A DNA stretch of 63,861 nt, counting the filler, from Choristocarpus tenellus KU-1152 (lineage: Eukaryota > Protista > Phaeophyceae), in NCBI GenBank assembly GCA_964200185.2. It is 13 parts of 13 records of this genome, joined end to end, with 100 filler letters (N's around TTAATTAATTAA, not from the genome) between each part and the next. Parts side by side here need not be neighbours in the genome. Positions count along the whole stretch, not along the records: positions 38,716 to 41,720 come from CAXNAD020022999.1; positions 41,821 to 45,123 come from CAXNAD020020928.1; positions 45,224 to 51,305 come from CAXNAD020008984.1; positions 51,406 to 57,432 come from CAXNAD020009136.1; 9 more parts are not named here. One strand, written 5' to 3'. Made by a program: the position numbers and the translations under genes. Within the stretch, counting starts at the first letter, position 1; each line of letters opens with the position of its first letter. Positions 39,074-56,900 of this stretch are shown here, piece after piece. The notes beneath the pieces are model-generated. The model saw only the letters and a program-made list of their open reading frames with translations, did no database searches and had not been told where the DNA came from.

Positions 39074-39251
39074 GCCTCAAAGCACCTGGGGGAGGGATGG
39101 CGGCTGTCCGTTTGGGGTCAATTTTTTTATGTCGCGATTTTTGGGGGATTTGGCTGCATGCGTCGGATGGTTAATGTAAATGCACTTTTCCTGATTTTAG
39201 TCCAAATGGACACCCTGGTGTAGACCCCTCCCCCCCCAGATACTTTGGTCC
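39074..39251 (+). mobile_element. MITE family B, full copy
   Basis: GCCTCAAAGCACCTGGGGG...CCCCCAGATACTTTGGTCC. Confidence 0.85.
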
Positions 39252-39639
39252 TCCATCCTGGCGTGTGTCTGGTACAGGTATTGCAAAGTGAGCATGATGA
39301 ATTATGAGGGTGCATTGCCAGTCAAGAAAAATGATAATCAACGCATGATATGCAACTGACAACTTCTGTGTGAAAAGAAGAAGAAACAAGAGGGCGAACT
39401 TGAATCAATAGTTGAGGGAATTGATGTGTCATTTGGTATGCCTGTATGTGAGATAGGAAGGGACTGTTCTTGTAGATCCAATGTACTTTGGTGTTCTGAA
39501 GGTGATTGATGATGTTGTGAAGAGGAGCTAAGGAGGTAAGCGAGAATAGCGACCATTACAATGGACAAATCAACATTCAGTATGGACTGACGATACTGTA
39601 TAGTATCAACACAAATCAAATGAGTAGAATATTATTTAA

Positions 39640-39820
39640 CGTCGTGTTCGTTAGCAAGTGTCAATATCCTTGCTCCGGACACATCTTTCATAGGCATACA
39701 CATTTCAGGTAAATAATTTCAAACAGAAAACCAAAGAAGGGCGTAAAAAATCTGTGGGAAGTCAAGCCCCGAACAGATAAACAGGGCAAAACTCCTACCC
39801 TCTTAAATGCTTTGGGTCTT
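39640..39820 (+). mobile_element. MITE family A variant, partial
   Basis: gtgttcgttagcaagtgtcaatatccttgctccggacac...gggaagtcaagccccgaacagataaacagggcaaaactcctaccctct. Confidence 0.7.
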
Positions 39821-39913
39821 CAGGCAATCTCTGGTATCTTTTGATGCCCTTGACTTTGTTGGATCTGCAACATGCTGGAGGTGTGTTTTTGGGAACGAAA
39901 ATCGGTACATTGA

Positions 39914-40182
39914 GAGTCAAAGCATCTAAGAGGGTACAGCCCTGTTCGTTTGAGGGCCAAATCCAATGTTGCGATTTTGATGTAATTTTGAATTTTATGT
40001 GTTGTTAGGAAGTGTCAATTATCCTTGTTCCGGACATACACATGATACCTACTCCAAAACGTACACATTTTACCTACCCCGAAGCATTTCGGAGTAGGAA
40101 AATGTCATTAAAAACCTGTGGGAAGCCAAGCCCCAAACGGACAAGCAGGGCAAAACTCGTATCCTCTAATATACTTTCATTC
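39914..40182 (+). mobile_element. MITE family A, full copy
   Basis: GAGTCAAAGCATCTAAGAGGGTA ... TATCCTCTAATATACTTTCATTC. Confidence 0.88.
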
Positions 40183-40342
40183 TCACTTGAACGCGGCCAC
40201 ACAGAAGCTTCAATCATGGTGGAAGGTGGTCCTCAAGGAATCCCGGGTGAGACAAGATTCCGGTATCTTTCCTTCTATTTATTATTGTTCTCGTCGTCAA
40301 ACGGTTGTGATCCTTACCCACTGATCTGTCCATATGTTACAA

Positions 40343-40517
40343 GGCTCAAAGTATCTGGGCGGGGGTGGCGGCTGTCCATTTGGGGTCAATTTTTCCAAGT
40401 CGCGATTTTTGGGTGATTTGGTTCCATACATCGGATGGATAATGCAAGTGCACCTTTCCTGGTTATGGCCCAAATGGACACCCTGGTGTAGACCCCCCCC
40501 CCCAGATACTTTGTGTC
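40343..40517 (+). mobile_element. MITE family B, full copy (175 bp), TSD ACAA
   Basis: GGCTCAAAGTATCTGGG ... CCCAGATACTTTGTGTC; ACAA at 40339-40342 and 40518-40521. Confidence 0.92.
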
Positions 40518-40907
40518 ACAATTATTGTCACTGGGTATACACAAAAGTACAGGTTTGGGCTCATGTGCGCAGTGATGCGTTGATTATACCACTGGTTCGT
40601 AAATCCTGTATGTTATTGCATTTTGTTTATAATGAGTGGTGTGTTATAGTGTGATCTTTATTGTACTTCGAAGTACGAAAAACAGAAATTGGTGTTTTAT
40701 ATCATGTGGTGCTCCAGGCGGCATGCTTTCTGTTTTGGGTGGGTGTATGAAGGCCCTTGTGAGCCGTGTGATTTCTGCACCATAGCCCCATGGTGTTTTT
40801 TTTCTTCGTGGCATTTTTTAAACTCTCATCTGTACAGTTCCTTCACACTATCCCTATCCATATCACTTACACTTCTGTCAATGTAAATCTTGTTTTCTTG
40901 TTTAGAC

Positions 40908-41254
40908 CAGAGCTTTTGAGAGGGTAGGAGCTTTGCCCTGTTTGTCCGTTTGGGGCTTGGCTTCACACGTTTTTTTTATGCCCTTTGTCGGTTTTCTGTG
41001 TGAACACAGTTACCTAAAATGTGTACGACTATTATAGGTGTGTTTGGAGCAAGGATAATTGATACCTGCTAACAAACACGATAGCCATAATCCAACTAAA
41101 TTCGCAACATTGGATTTATACGTTATGAAAAGGAGTGTCCAGACAAGGATATTGACATCTCCTAACAACATGATAGTAAAAATTACACCAAACTTGCAAC
41201 ATTGGATTTTAGTCCCCAAATGGACGCGGCTGTACGCTCAAGATACTTTGGCTC
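40908..41254 (-). mobile_element. MITE family A variant with internal duplication
   Basis: gagagggtaggagctttgccctgtttgtccg...; the caaggat...aacacgatag...caacattggattt block appears twice; ends AGATACTTTGGCTC. Confidence 0.75.
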
Positions 41255-41829
41255 ACTCTTACATATTTCCTTTGCCCTCCACCCTCTTATTATGTCACGT
41301 GCTCTGCACACTAGGGGTATGCAGACTAGAACTCTGAAATATGTGTATGGAATACTTCTCTACTGTTTTTCGTCCTTGGACTGTCCCATGTGTCACAAAA
41401 TAATCATTGTAACAATGCTTATTAGTGGGTTTTTGACAATATTCCTTGTACCTTTGCTGCCTATCAACGAGTGTCATCATTTATTTTTCTTGTACACTGC
41501 AACACCTACTGCTGGTCACCTTTTGATTATTTTTTTATGCAATATAAGAAAATTGTTAGGTCGTCTACCTAACTTTAGAGGGCCTATCCCCATGTGTGGT
41601 GTAGGTGAACACCAGACTCTGGTATTATGTCAGCAATAGGCTCAAAGTATCTGGGGGGGGGGGGGGGGGGGGGGTTCCCATTTGGGGTAAATTTTTTAAT
41701 TTAACGATTTTTGGGGTGTTNNNNNNNNNNNNNNNNNNNNNNNNNNNNNNNNNNNNNNNNNNNNTTAATTAATTAANNNNNNNNNNNNNNNNNNNNNNNN
41801 NNNNNNNNNNNNNNNNNNNNGAAGTGCGC

Positions 41830-43345
41830 CCTGCTTACCCGCTTGGAAGGTCATCAGGATACACCCGTATTGCCTCTTTGCAAAATCCTTGTATAGCCCC
41901 TAATTAAAAATGTTGGTTGTGTGGGCAAGTGAGGAGTTATTGAGAAGGAACACTCGAAGAACACCCCTGGAAGATCTCTCGAAGGCGGACTGACCAATAA
42001 CTTGACTGAGAACGTGGAAGACAGGATCAAGCAAGCTTCCATCGTGCGTTACGAAAGAGCAAATACAATGATCTTTGTAAATCTGCCATGAGCGTCATTC
42101 TGTTCGGGCCTCGCTGCCGTTTGCAGAAGCGGCAAAGGAGGCGAATCTACCACCACCATCATCATCATCGCGAAGCCCTTTAGACATACAAAGTACACAC
42201 TTTTCCTACCAATGTCAGACTGGGCCCGGGGCCGCAGAGTAGGTGTACACGGCGTTGAAAGAACAGTTATTGTGTCTTCCCTCGTAAAATCGACGAAGAG
42301 TATCATCATGAACATTGTAATCTCGACATAGCAAACGAAAAAAATAGCACTTCGTACGAATCTTCACATGTTCTTTGAACCATAATATCAGACCGGTCAA
42401 AGTAATGAACATCCAGCACTCGAAATACTACTTAGGTCCACCTTTTCTAGGTACTGCCAGGTCACACGGTTTGCATCTAACTCCAACACAGGGTGCAGCC
42501 AACCTCTCCACAACCAAGGACAAAACTGACCTGTTTGTTCGCGGCGTAGATCACAATTGTGGACTTGTGAGGCATGAACTGCCCGTATATATCAGCCCAG
42601 TAGTCTATCCAGGACATCACCAGGTCTTGCTTCGGAGCCATGTCCTTATCTTTGTTCACCCCGTTCCTGTTGTAGTAGCGCACGTATGTATATAAATGGA
42701 TGGTAGATGTGTTAGAGGTGGGTACGAGGGACGGGGGATGGAATCCTAGAGGGATTGTATGCCAGCAGCGGATCACATATTCTGTAGATATTTACGCGTG
42801 GTAACTGCCATAGCAGCGCGGGGACGGGGAAAATATACCGGGTACAAGTAACACTGTGTACATACATCAAACCCACCTCTCCTCGCCGGTGGATGCTCTT
42901 GCGTGTGCCTTTGCAAGCGTTGATGACATGATCGGATATCCCGAACGATGCCTTGAAAAACTGCGTAAAGAATGCCGGCCGCGAGCATAGATGCACCTCC
43001 AGGTCCCAACTTAGTCACAGGTACACAGTCGCCAACGAAGTGCTTGTGATCGCGGTGGTTCTCACACGCCCGGATGATGTCCTGCTCTTTGGCCAACGTG
43101 CGTGCAAGGAAGGACTCGCCATCTGCCACGAACGTTTTCACACATGCTAAGCGCTTGCAGCAGTCATCCTGTTCGTTGACTGGGATGGGTTCAGCCCATC
43201 CTCGGCGAAGCTTGGCGCCGGTCCCTGAAGCGTCATTTGTAGGAAGCTCCAGCGCATCATTGTTGGTGGGCTGGTGAGGGGGCAACACGGGGGGAGACGG
43301 AGGTGACAAAAGCCACCCCCTTGCTGTGGAAGCAACTGTCATGGT
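41830..43345 (-). pseudogene. Sola2-like DNA transposase, frameshifted and decayed
   Basis: Successive minus-strand fragments: DDCCKRLAC (CC...C), CSRPAFFTQFFKASFGIS (C...F....GIS), SWIDYWADIYGQFMPHKSTIVIYAANKQV (G..MP....I.LP...K..V), WFKEHVKIRTKCYFF..C (W...F.HVKI.....F..C), DAHG, and RDLPGVFF...LNNSS (degenerate LP..L.LQ.DN). Motif order fits the Sola-type transposases as I recall them; no search was run. Confidence 0.65.
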
Positions 43346-43414
43346 GTTTTCGGGCAACAGGCGGTCTTGGGCAGTGAGAAGGTGTAGGAGTTATTAGATT
43401 CGAAGACGAGCGTA

Positions 43415-44700
43415 CGAACTTTGTTTGAGCCTCGGGCGATCGGTGGTACTACCCTGAGATCCATGATCCTGAAAATCCGTGCGTTACACTTTTCGGAAGT
43501 TGTAAATCAGATTCTATCCGTGATTTCTAGTTTAAAAAAATCCGATTATATCCGTGATTTGTATTTTTAAGATACAGATCACATACTTAATTGATATTCT
43601 ACATTTCCAATGTTCCGAAACCAACTCTGTTTGAGCCTCTGGCGATCAGTGGGACTACCCTGAGATCCATGATCCTGAAAATCCGTGCGTTACACTTTTC
43701 GGAAATTGTAAATCAGATTCTATCCGTGATTTCTAGTTTAAAAAAATCCAATTATATCCGTGATTTGTATTTTTTAAGATACAAATCACATACTTCATTC
43801 ATATTGCACATTTCCAATGTTCTGAAGCCAACTTTGTTTGAGCCTCGGGCGATCGGTGGGACCACCCTGAGATCCATGATCCTGAAAATCCGTGCGTTAC
43901 ACTTTTTGGAAGTTGTAAATCCGATTGTATCCGTGATTTGTATTTTTTAAGATACAAATCACATACTTCATTCATATTGTACATTCCAACATTCCGAAAT
44001 CAACTTTGTTTGAGCCTCGGACGATCGGTGGGACCACCCTGAGATCCATGATCCTGAAAATCCGTGAGTTACACTTTTGGGAAGTTGTAAAGAAGATTAT
44101 ATCCGTACTTGCAATTTTTTTGAGATACAAATAACATACTTCATTCATATTGTACATTTCCAATGTACAATAACCAACTTTGTTCGAGCCTCGGGCGATC
44201 GGTGGGACCACCCTGGGATCCATGATCCTGAAAATCCGTGCGTTACACTGTTTGGAAGTTGCAAATAAGGTTATATCCTTACTTACAATTTGTTTTTAAT
44301 ACAAAGCACATACTTCATTGATCTTGTACGTTTCCAACGTTCCGAAACGAACTTTGTTTGAGCTCTGTGCTATTCGTGGGACCACCCTGAGATCCATGAT
44401 CCTGAAAATCCGTGTATTACGTTTTTAGGAAGTTGTAAATAAGATTATATCTGTACTTACATTTTTTTTATGATACAAAGCACATACTTCATTGATCTTG
44501 TACATTTCCAACCTTCCGAAACGAACTTTGTTTGAGCTCTGGGCTATCCGTGGGACCACCCTGAGATCCATGATCCTGAAAATCCGTGTATTACGTTTTT
44601 AGGAAGTTGTAAATCCTATTATATCCGTACTTACAAATTGTTTAAAATACAAAGCACATACTTCATTCATCTTGTATGTTTCCAATGTTCAGTAACCAAA
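43415..44700. repeat. Tandem array of 7 units (about 206, 207, 171, 174, 174, 174, about 175 bp)
   Basis: Units start with ACTTTGTTTGAGC at about 43418, 43625, 43832, 44003, 44177, 44351 and 44525; near-invariant core ACCCTGAGATCCATGATCCTGAAAATCCGTG. Confidence 0.95.
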
Positions 44701-44805
44701 ACGTCAAAAACAACTAGCACCCTCTACATATTTGAAGTACAAAATCTTACCAAATTGAACAATTGGATTCTTGTAAATTGTAGAGGCGACAGAAAGTGGT
44801 TCTTT

Positions 44806-44839
44806 GAGTAAAACGGATCCGATCGGATCCGTTTTACTC
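44806..44839. other. Perfect 34-bp palindrome
   Basis: GAGTAAAACGGATCCGATCGGATCCGTTTTACTC equals its own reverse complement. Confidence 0.95.
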
Positions 44840-45246
44840 GTGAACACCCTAAACACGTGCATTAGGATTGTTAGAATAGTACATCCAGTAATAACCGTTC
44901 TTACAATTTTTGAAATACCAAGGACTCACTTTATGGGTCTCACACGTTTCCAATTTTCAGAAACTAAAAGGACACTTCCAACTGGTACCCACAATTTATT
45001 TAAATACTAAATCCGCTTTTTGGTGACTTTAGTAATCTTAAAAACACTAGAGACTACAAAAAAGCGGATCTATGGTATTAAAGATCCGATCTGATCCCGT
45101 TTACTGTTGAACACCCAAAACACNNNNNNNNNNNNNNNNNNNNNNNNNNNNNNNNNNNNNNNNNNNNTTAATTAATTAANNNNNNNNNNNNNNNNNNNNN
45201 NNNNNNNNNNNNNNNNNNNNNNNCGCCCATCCTCCCCCCCTCCCAC

Positions 45247-50666
<5,420 letters not shown>

Positions 50667-51414
50667 CTATTCCAAAAAAGCAAGTACGTAAAAAGGATAG
50701 GGTGGCGAGGAGGGGGGATGTTTACGTGGGATGTGTTGTTCAGGAGCCTAAAAGTACATTTTCTAGTATATACTTTTGTTCTCCATGCTGCATGAGTATG
50801 TCAGGTGTATCAGGACTATTATAGTATATGATACTATACCAAGTATAATATTACAAGAGAACCCCAAGAAAGCATTTTGCAAAGGAGATCTAACTACGAA
50901 ACGCCAACAAACACTTTGAAAACATTACAGTATGCAAAGATTTACTCATGAGAGTAGTGATGAAAACAAACTGAAAACGCTTATACTCCTGAAAGATGTA
51001 TGTGTTCAAAAATTGAGATAGTTGTGGACTCGCTCAAGAGATATCCCACCAGGATCAATTGTGGGGAAACGGTGTGCTGTGAAATGTCTGTTCCCCATCC
51101 CTCAGAGAGGAAAGTGTCCTCCTGATCCGTGATTATACCAGCACCAGCAAGCGGCATGCATAGCATATCACAGCCACGAGAATTTTCCAGTTGGCAGTGG
51201 GGGCTACCAGAGCCGACTCTTGGGGTAATCTCCTCTATTGTTTCTTTTACCAACTTGCTGCTGGGGCTCAAAGTATCTGGGGGGGGGGGGGGGGGGCTTT
51301 CGGTTNNNNNNNNNNNNNNNNNNNNNNNNNNNNNNNNNNNNNNNNNNNNTTAATTAATTAANNNNNNNNNNNNNNNNNNNNNNNNNNNNNNNNNNNNNNN
51401 NNNNNAATGATTTC

Positions 51415-53304
51415 AGCCTATCGTGCAGTAAATGGATTGGATAACCAGTACAATTATCGTCCCTCGTGGTGTTGACTTGAGAATTCGTATTTACTGTTAT
51501 CATACTCCTTTGCATAGTCTGTATATCATACATTGCTGTCATGTTGTAACCTATCGCTTCAGTAAAGAGATTATCGTGTGTATGTGTCGTACAGATCATT
51601 CCCCCCTTTTTTAAAAAATTGGGTGTTTATGTACTTATTTTTAAGACTAGTGTCTCTTGGTCAGATCTCGTGGTATCCACATAGTATAATCCTTAAAATA
51701 AGTTGTTCATCTAGTTTAGACAAAACGTTAGTGTGTCCTTTTGTCATAGATGGGTATAATATATAGTTTTGTGAAGAGATGAGATAACTGGTAACAGATG
51801 TCAGTTAACCTGTTCACGTCCAGCTCTGACTTGACATCTCGAGTTTACCAGGTTCATCGATCCTTGCAAAAGACTATGCATAAATATACAATTAATTTTA
51901 TCTCTCAACTCTCCTCGTTTGCATGAGTGGACACATGCGGTGGTGAAGAGACCATATCACTGGGCACAACAATACATTAGCACTTACTTGTGTGCTAAAG
52001 GTGGCTGTTCATTACATCATGCTACGTTTTCATAAATGGATTTATTGATCATCATGAAATGACTAATAATCCCATCCTAAAACAAGACAAATATATATAT
52101 AATTGAATATTTAAGTCTACCACCAGGTAAGAGATGGAGACTTCAGGTGAGCCATACACGTTAATTAATAATTTATTTATTTCGTATGGCATGATTTCCC
52201 CGACATGATGTAATGACCGTACAGTCACCTCGTATCGTTTTAGGAGAGTTGAGCCACCAACATCGTACGTCTGAGTTGTCCACTTGGAATATTGTAGTCG
52301 TTGTGAGCAATATTCCAATCGATGTCAGAATTGAGGAAGGAGAGTGGGTGCACACATTTAATCTCGTCATTTGCTGTGTTGAATTGGTCATGTAACACGC
52401 GATGTTGTTTTCACCCATCGGAGTGGTTATCAAATCATCGTATAACACCTGTATATCAATGTCGAATCACAAATACTAATCAAACCGTTTGTTGACACCG
52501 TATATTATAGTGTTTGCTCCTCGTATCCCCATTCTGAGTGTATCTTCTGTTTTTTATACAAGAAAATAGAGACCCTATATGCTGGCCACATATACTCGCC
52601 TCGTCCTTAGGCTGGTTGATATGCTGATCCCATACTCTCAGACCTCGTAGGCTTGATTGGTGTGCTGATCACACACCATCAACCTTAGGCTAATTTTATC
52701 CTGATCAGATGTTCATTATGTGCTTCGTTTATATATTACACTTCATTTTGTATTAGTGGAGTCGTGTAATACAATGGTGTAATAGTATGGTAGCAGTCGC
52801 ACATATTTCCCATTTCGCTCCCAGAGCTCACTTTTTGGTTGACCTTGAATCATGTTAACATGGCTTCAAGGCCGATCAGAAGGGAGGTGATGTGGAAAGC
52901 ATGCTTGTCTGTTGTTATACCGTTATTGCCGTATGTTATATGCCATCATACCGTTGTACCGTTGTACTGATTGAGGTTCCTCGTCAAGCATCAATGATTC
53001 CACTGGCGGACCTTCCATCAGAATGAAACCATGGAATTTCTTTGCGAGACCAATCCCACAGACTTGGGACAGCTCGTCATTCAGAGTTGTCACACATGAA
53101 AGATCCACTTTGTTCTCACGTCTTGACTTGTGGCAATGAAGCCCCATCTCTGAAGATGTTTTTCACTCCTCAATTTGCCCTTTGTCCAAACCTCGTACCC
53201 TCGGTTACGGTTCGTCTTTGTTCATCTGGTCCGTCTTGCCCGGTGAATCTCTTCGCCACCCTTCCCTCAGTGAACCACACCGCTACAGAACCACACGATT
53301 CACA
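51415..53304. repeat. Unclassified interspersed repeat (about 1.8 kb), copy 2
   Basis: Colinear with 32010-33815. Confidence 0.9.
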
Positions 53305-53976
53305 TTAGTCGTTTATTGATTTACAAGTAACTACAAAAAAGAATGTTTTCAACCCACATATTTCTTATTATACAAATACTATCCACACCTGGGGTGCTGG
53401 AGTAAGCTAGGTTGGAGGTACAGGAGGGCAGTGGTGTAAGATAGGTGGTAGTAAATAGAATAATGTTTTACTTATACAAATACTACCCTAACCCTAACCC
53501 CAACCCACATCCACAAAATGTTAAGGGGAATGATAAAAAAACATACAGTGAGTGAGTACTTCATTCAATAGTTCTATCTCTATTCTGATTTCCTCCTCCC
53601 TACCCCACTATACACACACACAAATAATATTACAATACCATTTCTAGGTACGTTTACTGGGTCCTTCCTCGCAATCAACACGTTTTTCTGTGATATCGTC
53701 GTCCATGCAAACACTTCAGGAAGGCAACTCAAGTACCCTGGCATGCTCGATGCTTCACAGAGACAAGAGAACAATGTATTGTCACATGAGATTTGCGATC
53801 CATTTTGGTTGGTCCAGCTCGATTATCATAACCATCCATCCCATCCCGTCGAAACATATCAAGAGTACAAGGTGTGTGTTTGGTGTTGAGGGAAAAGATT
53901 GTTTTGGGCAGGTTCAGGTACATGCTGATAGTGACCTTACCTCCCGTGGCGACGTTTGGTCTTGGGAAATTCGCAG

Positions 53977-56900
53977 GATCATGCCTTGCCACCAGGTACT
54001 CTCACTCAAGATGCCCTTGAAGGGGTACTTGGACGTGAACGAGAAGTCGTAGTTCCATTGCTGCAGTCAACCAGAACCAGCGAGGAACACCCCACCATCG
54101 ACGAACTGCGCGTGACACTGCGTGAAGTTAATGGTGAAGGAGTTCTATCAAGGGTAAGATGATGACAGTGTTTGCAGGACCGTATGCAGACACAAGTTCT
54201 TCATTGCATCCAAAACTTAATATTTGACCAATGTGTGTTCTGTCCACTGGTTCGATCTCCTTAGCACAGGTGGGTGGCGAGGTTTGGTACGCTGCAGTGT
54301 TACTATCAACATGGATCCTCAATAATCCCAACTTTGTGCAAGGCTTGGATGTACTAGAGCTAGGGAGTGGTCTGGGCTTGTGTGGGATAGTGGCGGGTTA
54401 CTTGGCAAGATCTGTGATACTAACGGGTGAGGTTGGGCAACAGGACAACCAAGTTCGAACACTTAAGTTGATGTACTTGCAAAAGCGAGGGAATGCAGTT
54501 GAAGCAAAACACATATGAGATCTTGAATCGGTCTGTGGTTTTGTGAACGGATTATCTTATGCTGCGATGTGGAAAAAAGATAGCCCAAACCGCTATAGGT
54601 ACACCCCATGTACACTGAAATCTGAAATTCTGAAACAACTCTCCTGCTAAATGTTTTGAGTTTCTGCCAGATTAGTTTGTTTTTCCAATCCATGCCTCCC
54701 TTGCTCAACCAAGAGCCCAACATCTCTCGTCCCCATTCTCCCCCCACCCCCTTGCCTAGACTACGTGGAGGAGTTGCTGGAAAACCTTCGATACAATGTC
54801 GAAATAAACCAAGCACCAAATCTCCATACCAGTATCAGGGATAGTCACCTGGCAGGTAATTCCATCCCACTTGCACTGTGGCCAGTAGAGGATACCTGCC
54901 TGTGGGTTCCATCAGAAGCGACACAATTATATGCTGCTGATCTGCAGAGTGATACTATGTCTTCAGTGTGTGATGACTGTAGCATGAACAGTGTAGGTTC
55001 AAGATCATTAGGAATGCAAAGGGTGGGGGGTAGGAAGAGGGAAAATGAGTTTACCATGGAGAGTACTTCGTTTGGATTGGAACCTCTTGTGAATGCAGCT
55101 GTTCTTGAGCTGAACTGGACAGTGTTCGGTCATGAGGGACAAGGAAGATACCAGAACAGGGATGAAGAGGAATGGTGGGAAGATGAGGGGTTCCCTGTGA
55201 CTTTGAGAGGTGAATAACAACATCCATTCCCACCCCCTCCTAAGACACTAGAATAGTGTAGTGAATGCAAAGGCGGCTTCTATCAGTCTTGTCTTGACTG
55301 GTCTTCTTTACCTTCTGTGTTCCCTAGTTATAGAGGAATCTGTCCCTCTTCTCCCTTGGTCTGGTGTGGTGAATTGCATGGATTGGGCAATTGTATAGAA
55401 CTGCCCACAAAGTCCAGCATCATAACATACTTTGAAGTCTACACAGTTACAGAGTATTACGAGAAGCAACCTTTGAAAAATCATCATTAGTTTTGATATT
55501 TGACAAATGATAAATAGTATTTGGGGGGGTACCTGTAAATGACATTGGCACACTGCATGGAGAGTGACAATACAACACAATTATCTACAGCATACCCTTC
55601 ACGTATACATTTCTGTTAAGCATGTTTTTCTGTAGTAGTGTGTTCAAATACTATATACAGTGCAGTGGTACTTTAAGTAAAATATTTTATGCCCTACCCA
55701 CATTGGCAGGCAACATGTGCCTGACAAATGAGTGAAGAGTGGCAAGTTAGTTACCCTGCTTGATATAATTCTAAGTGCTCTACCTTGCCACCACCACATG
55801 TAGCATTTACCAGAAATTGCAAGTACTTGATATTAATATGTGCACCACACCTCTTGCTGGCATCTGTGTAAGAAAATATAGATATCCCTTTTCGAAAAAT
55901 CGTCCAGGATTTGAAAGGTCCTAGGCCTGAACAAGATCATTTTTTTCCGTGTTTCCAGTCATTCCATGGCATGTTTAAGAACACAAAGTGATTGTGGTAG
56001 TTTCGGTCGAAAATAATAGACCAAGCCTTTTGAGCATAATATACATAGGGGTTTTTGTTAAGGTATGCTGCAGTATTGTGATTACCTGAAGAATCGTTCT
56101 CACCTGACCACACGTAGGGTGCATGGTGGATATCAATCAAATGAAATACATGCTAAATTTACTTTTGGCATGGCAGAGCGCTTGGCAAGTGATAAAGAAG
56201 CAGCTCTCACAATTTGTCCTCATAAGACCATTTTTGTCTTTATCTCGCTATTGTTGACCAACATGGCGTGGCTAGATGTATGCTATGGAAAAGATGGAAA
56301 GGAGCATGTATGGAGAGAAAAGAAGGATATATGCACCCATGGTTCTGTTCCCCGGTGTGATGTGGTGATTGGGTCTGCGCTGATCTACTCTACTGACCAC
56401 AACGTGGTTGCTGATGTACTGCAGCGCCTGTTTAAGGAGAGAGGGTGTAGGAGGGCTGCAATCCTTCAACGATCAACCAGGTGATAAGTAATGAGGTGTG
56501 CTAGCTGTACATGACAGCGGTAGTGAGCAAGTAATACTCATGATTGGGCATAACTTTGTCTGGAGTGGATGCTGATGATTGGTCTTTTTGTTGTTGTTGT
56601 GCCTGTTTGATCTCGTTTATTTCATTATCATGTGTGGATATGTAGGTGTGCTTGTGTGGCCTGTCCAATTGGCCTTTGTCCAATCATCCTGCATCTTCTT
56701 GCCACTCTAAACTCTTTCTTAGTGCTCTTCTTCCACTGTCAAGGGTGTACCCCCATGACAGCCTAGGTGTGAGCTGTGACTCTTCCCAGGTTCTATTTTT
56801 CTGGGCCTTTCATCCAATTTGTGTGAGGGTGTAGACTCTGCTCTTGTAGATGATTTGATATTGTGTTTATTAGAGGAGCATGAAAATATGTCCTAGAGGC

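Noticed and set aside
43591-44268. ORFs with internal peptide repeats inside the array
   Set aside because: Unit lengths and indels break the frame between units; they are by-products of the DNA repeat.
43415-44700. CRISPR-like array (conserved 31-bp core at regular spacing)
   Set aside because: The intervening sequences are about 140-175 bp and homologous to each other, there are no cas genes and the context is eukaryotic; it is a tandem repeat.
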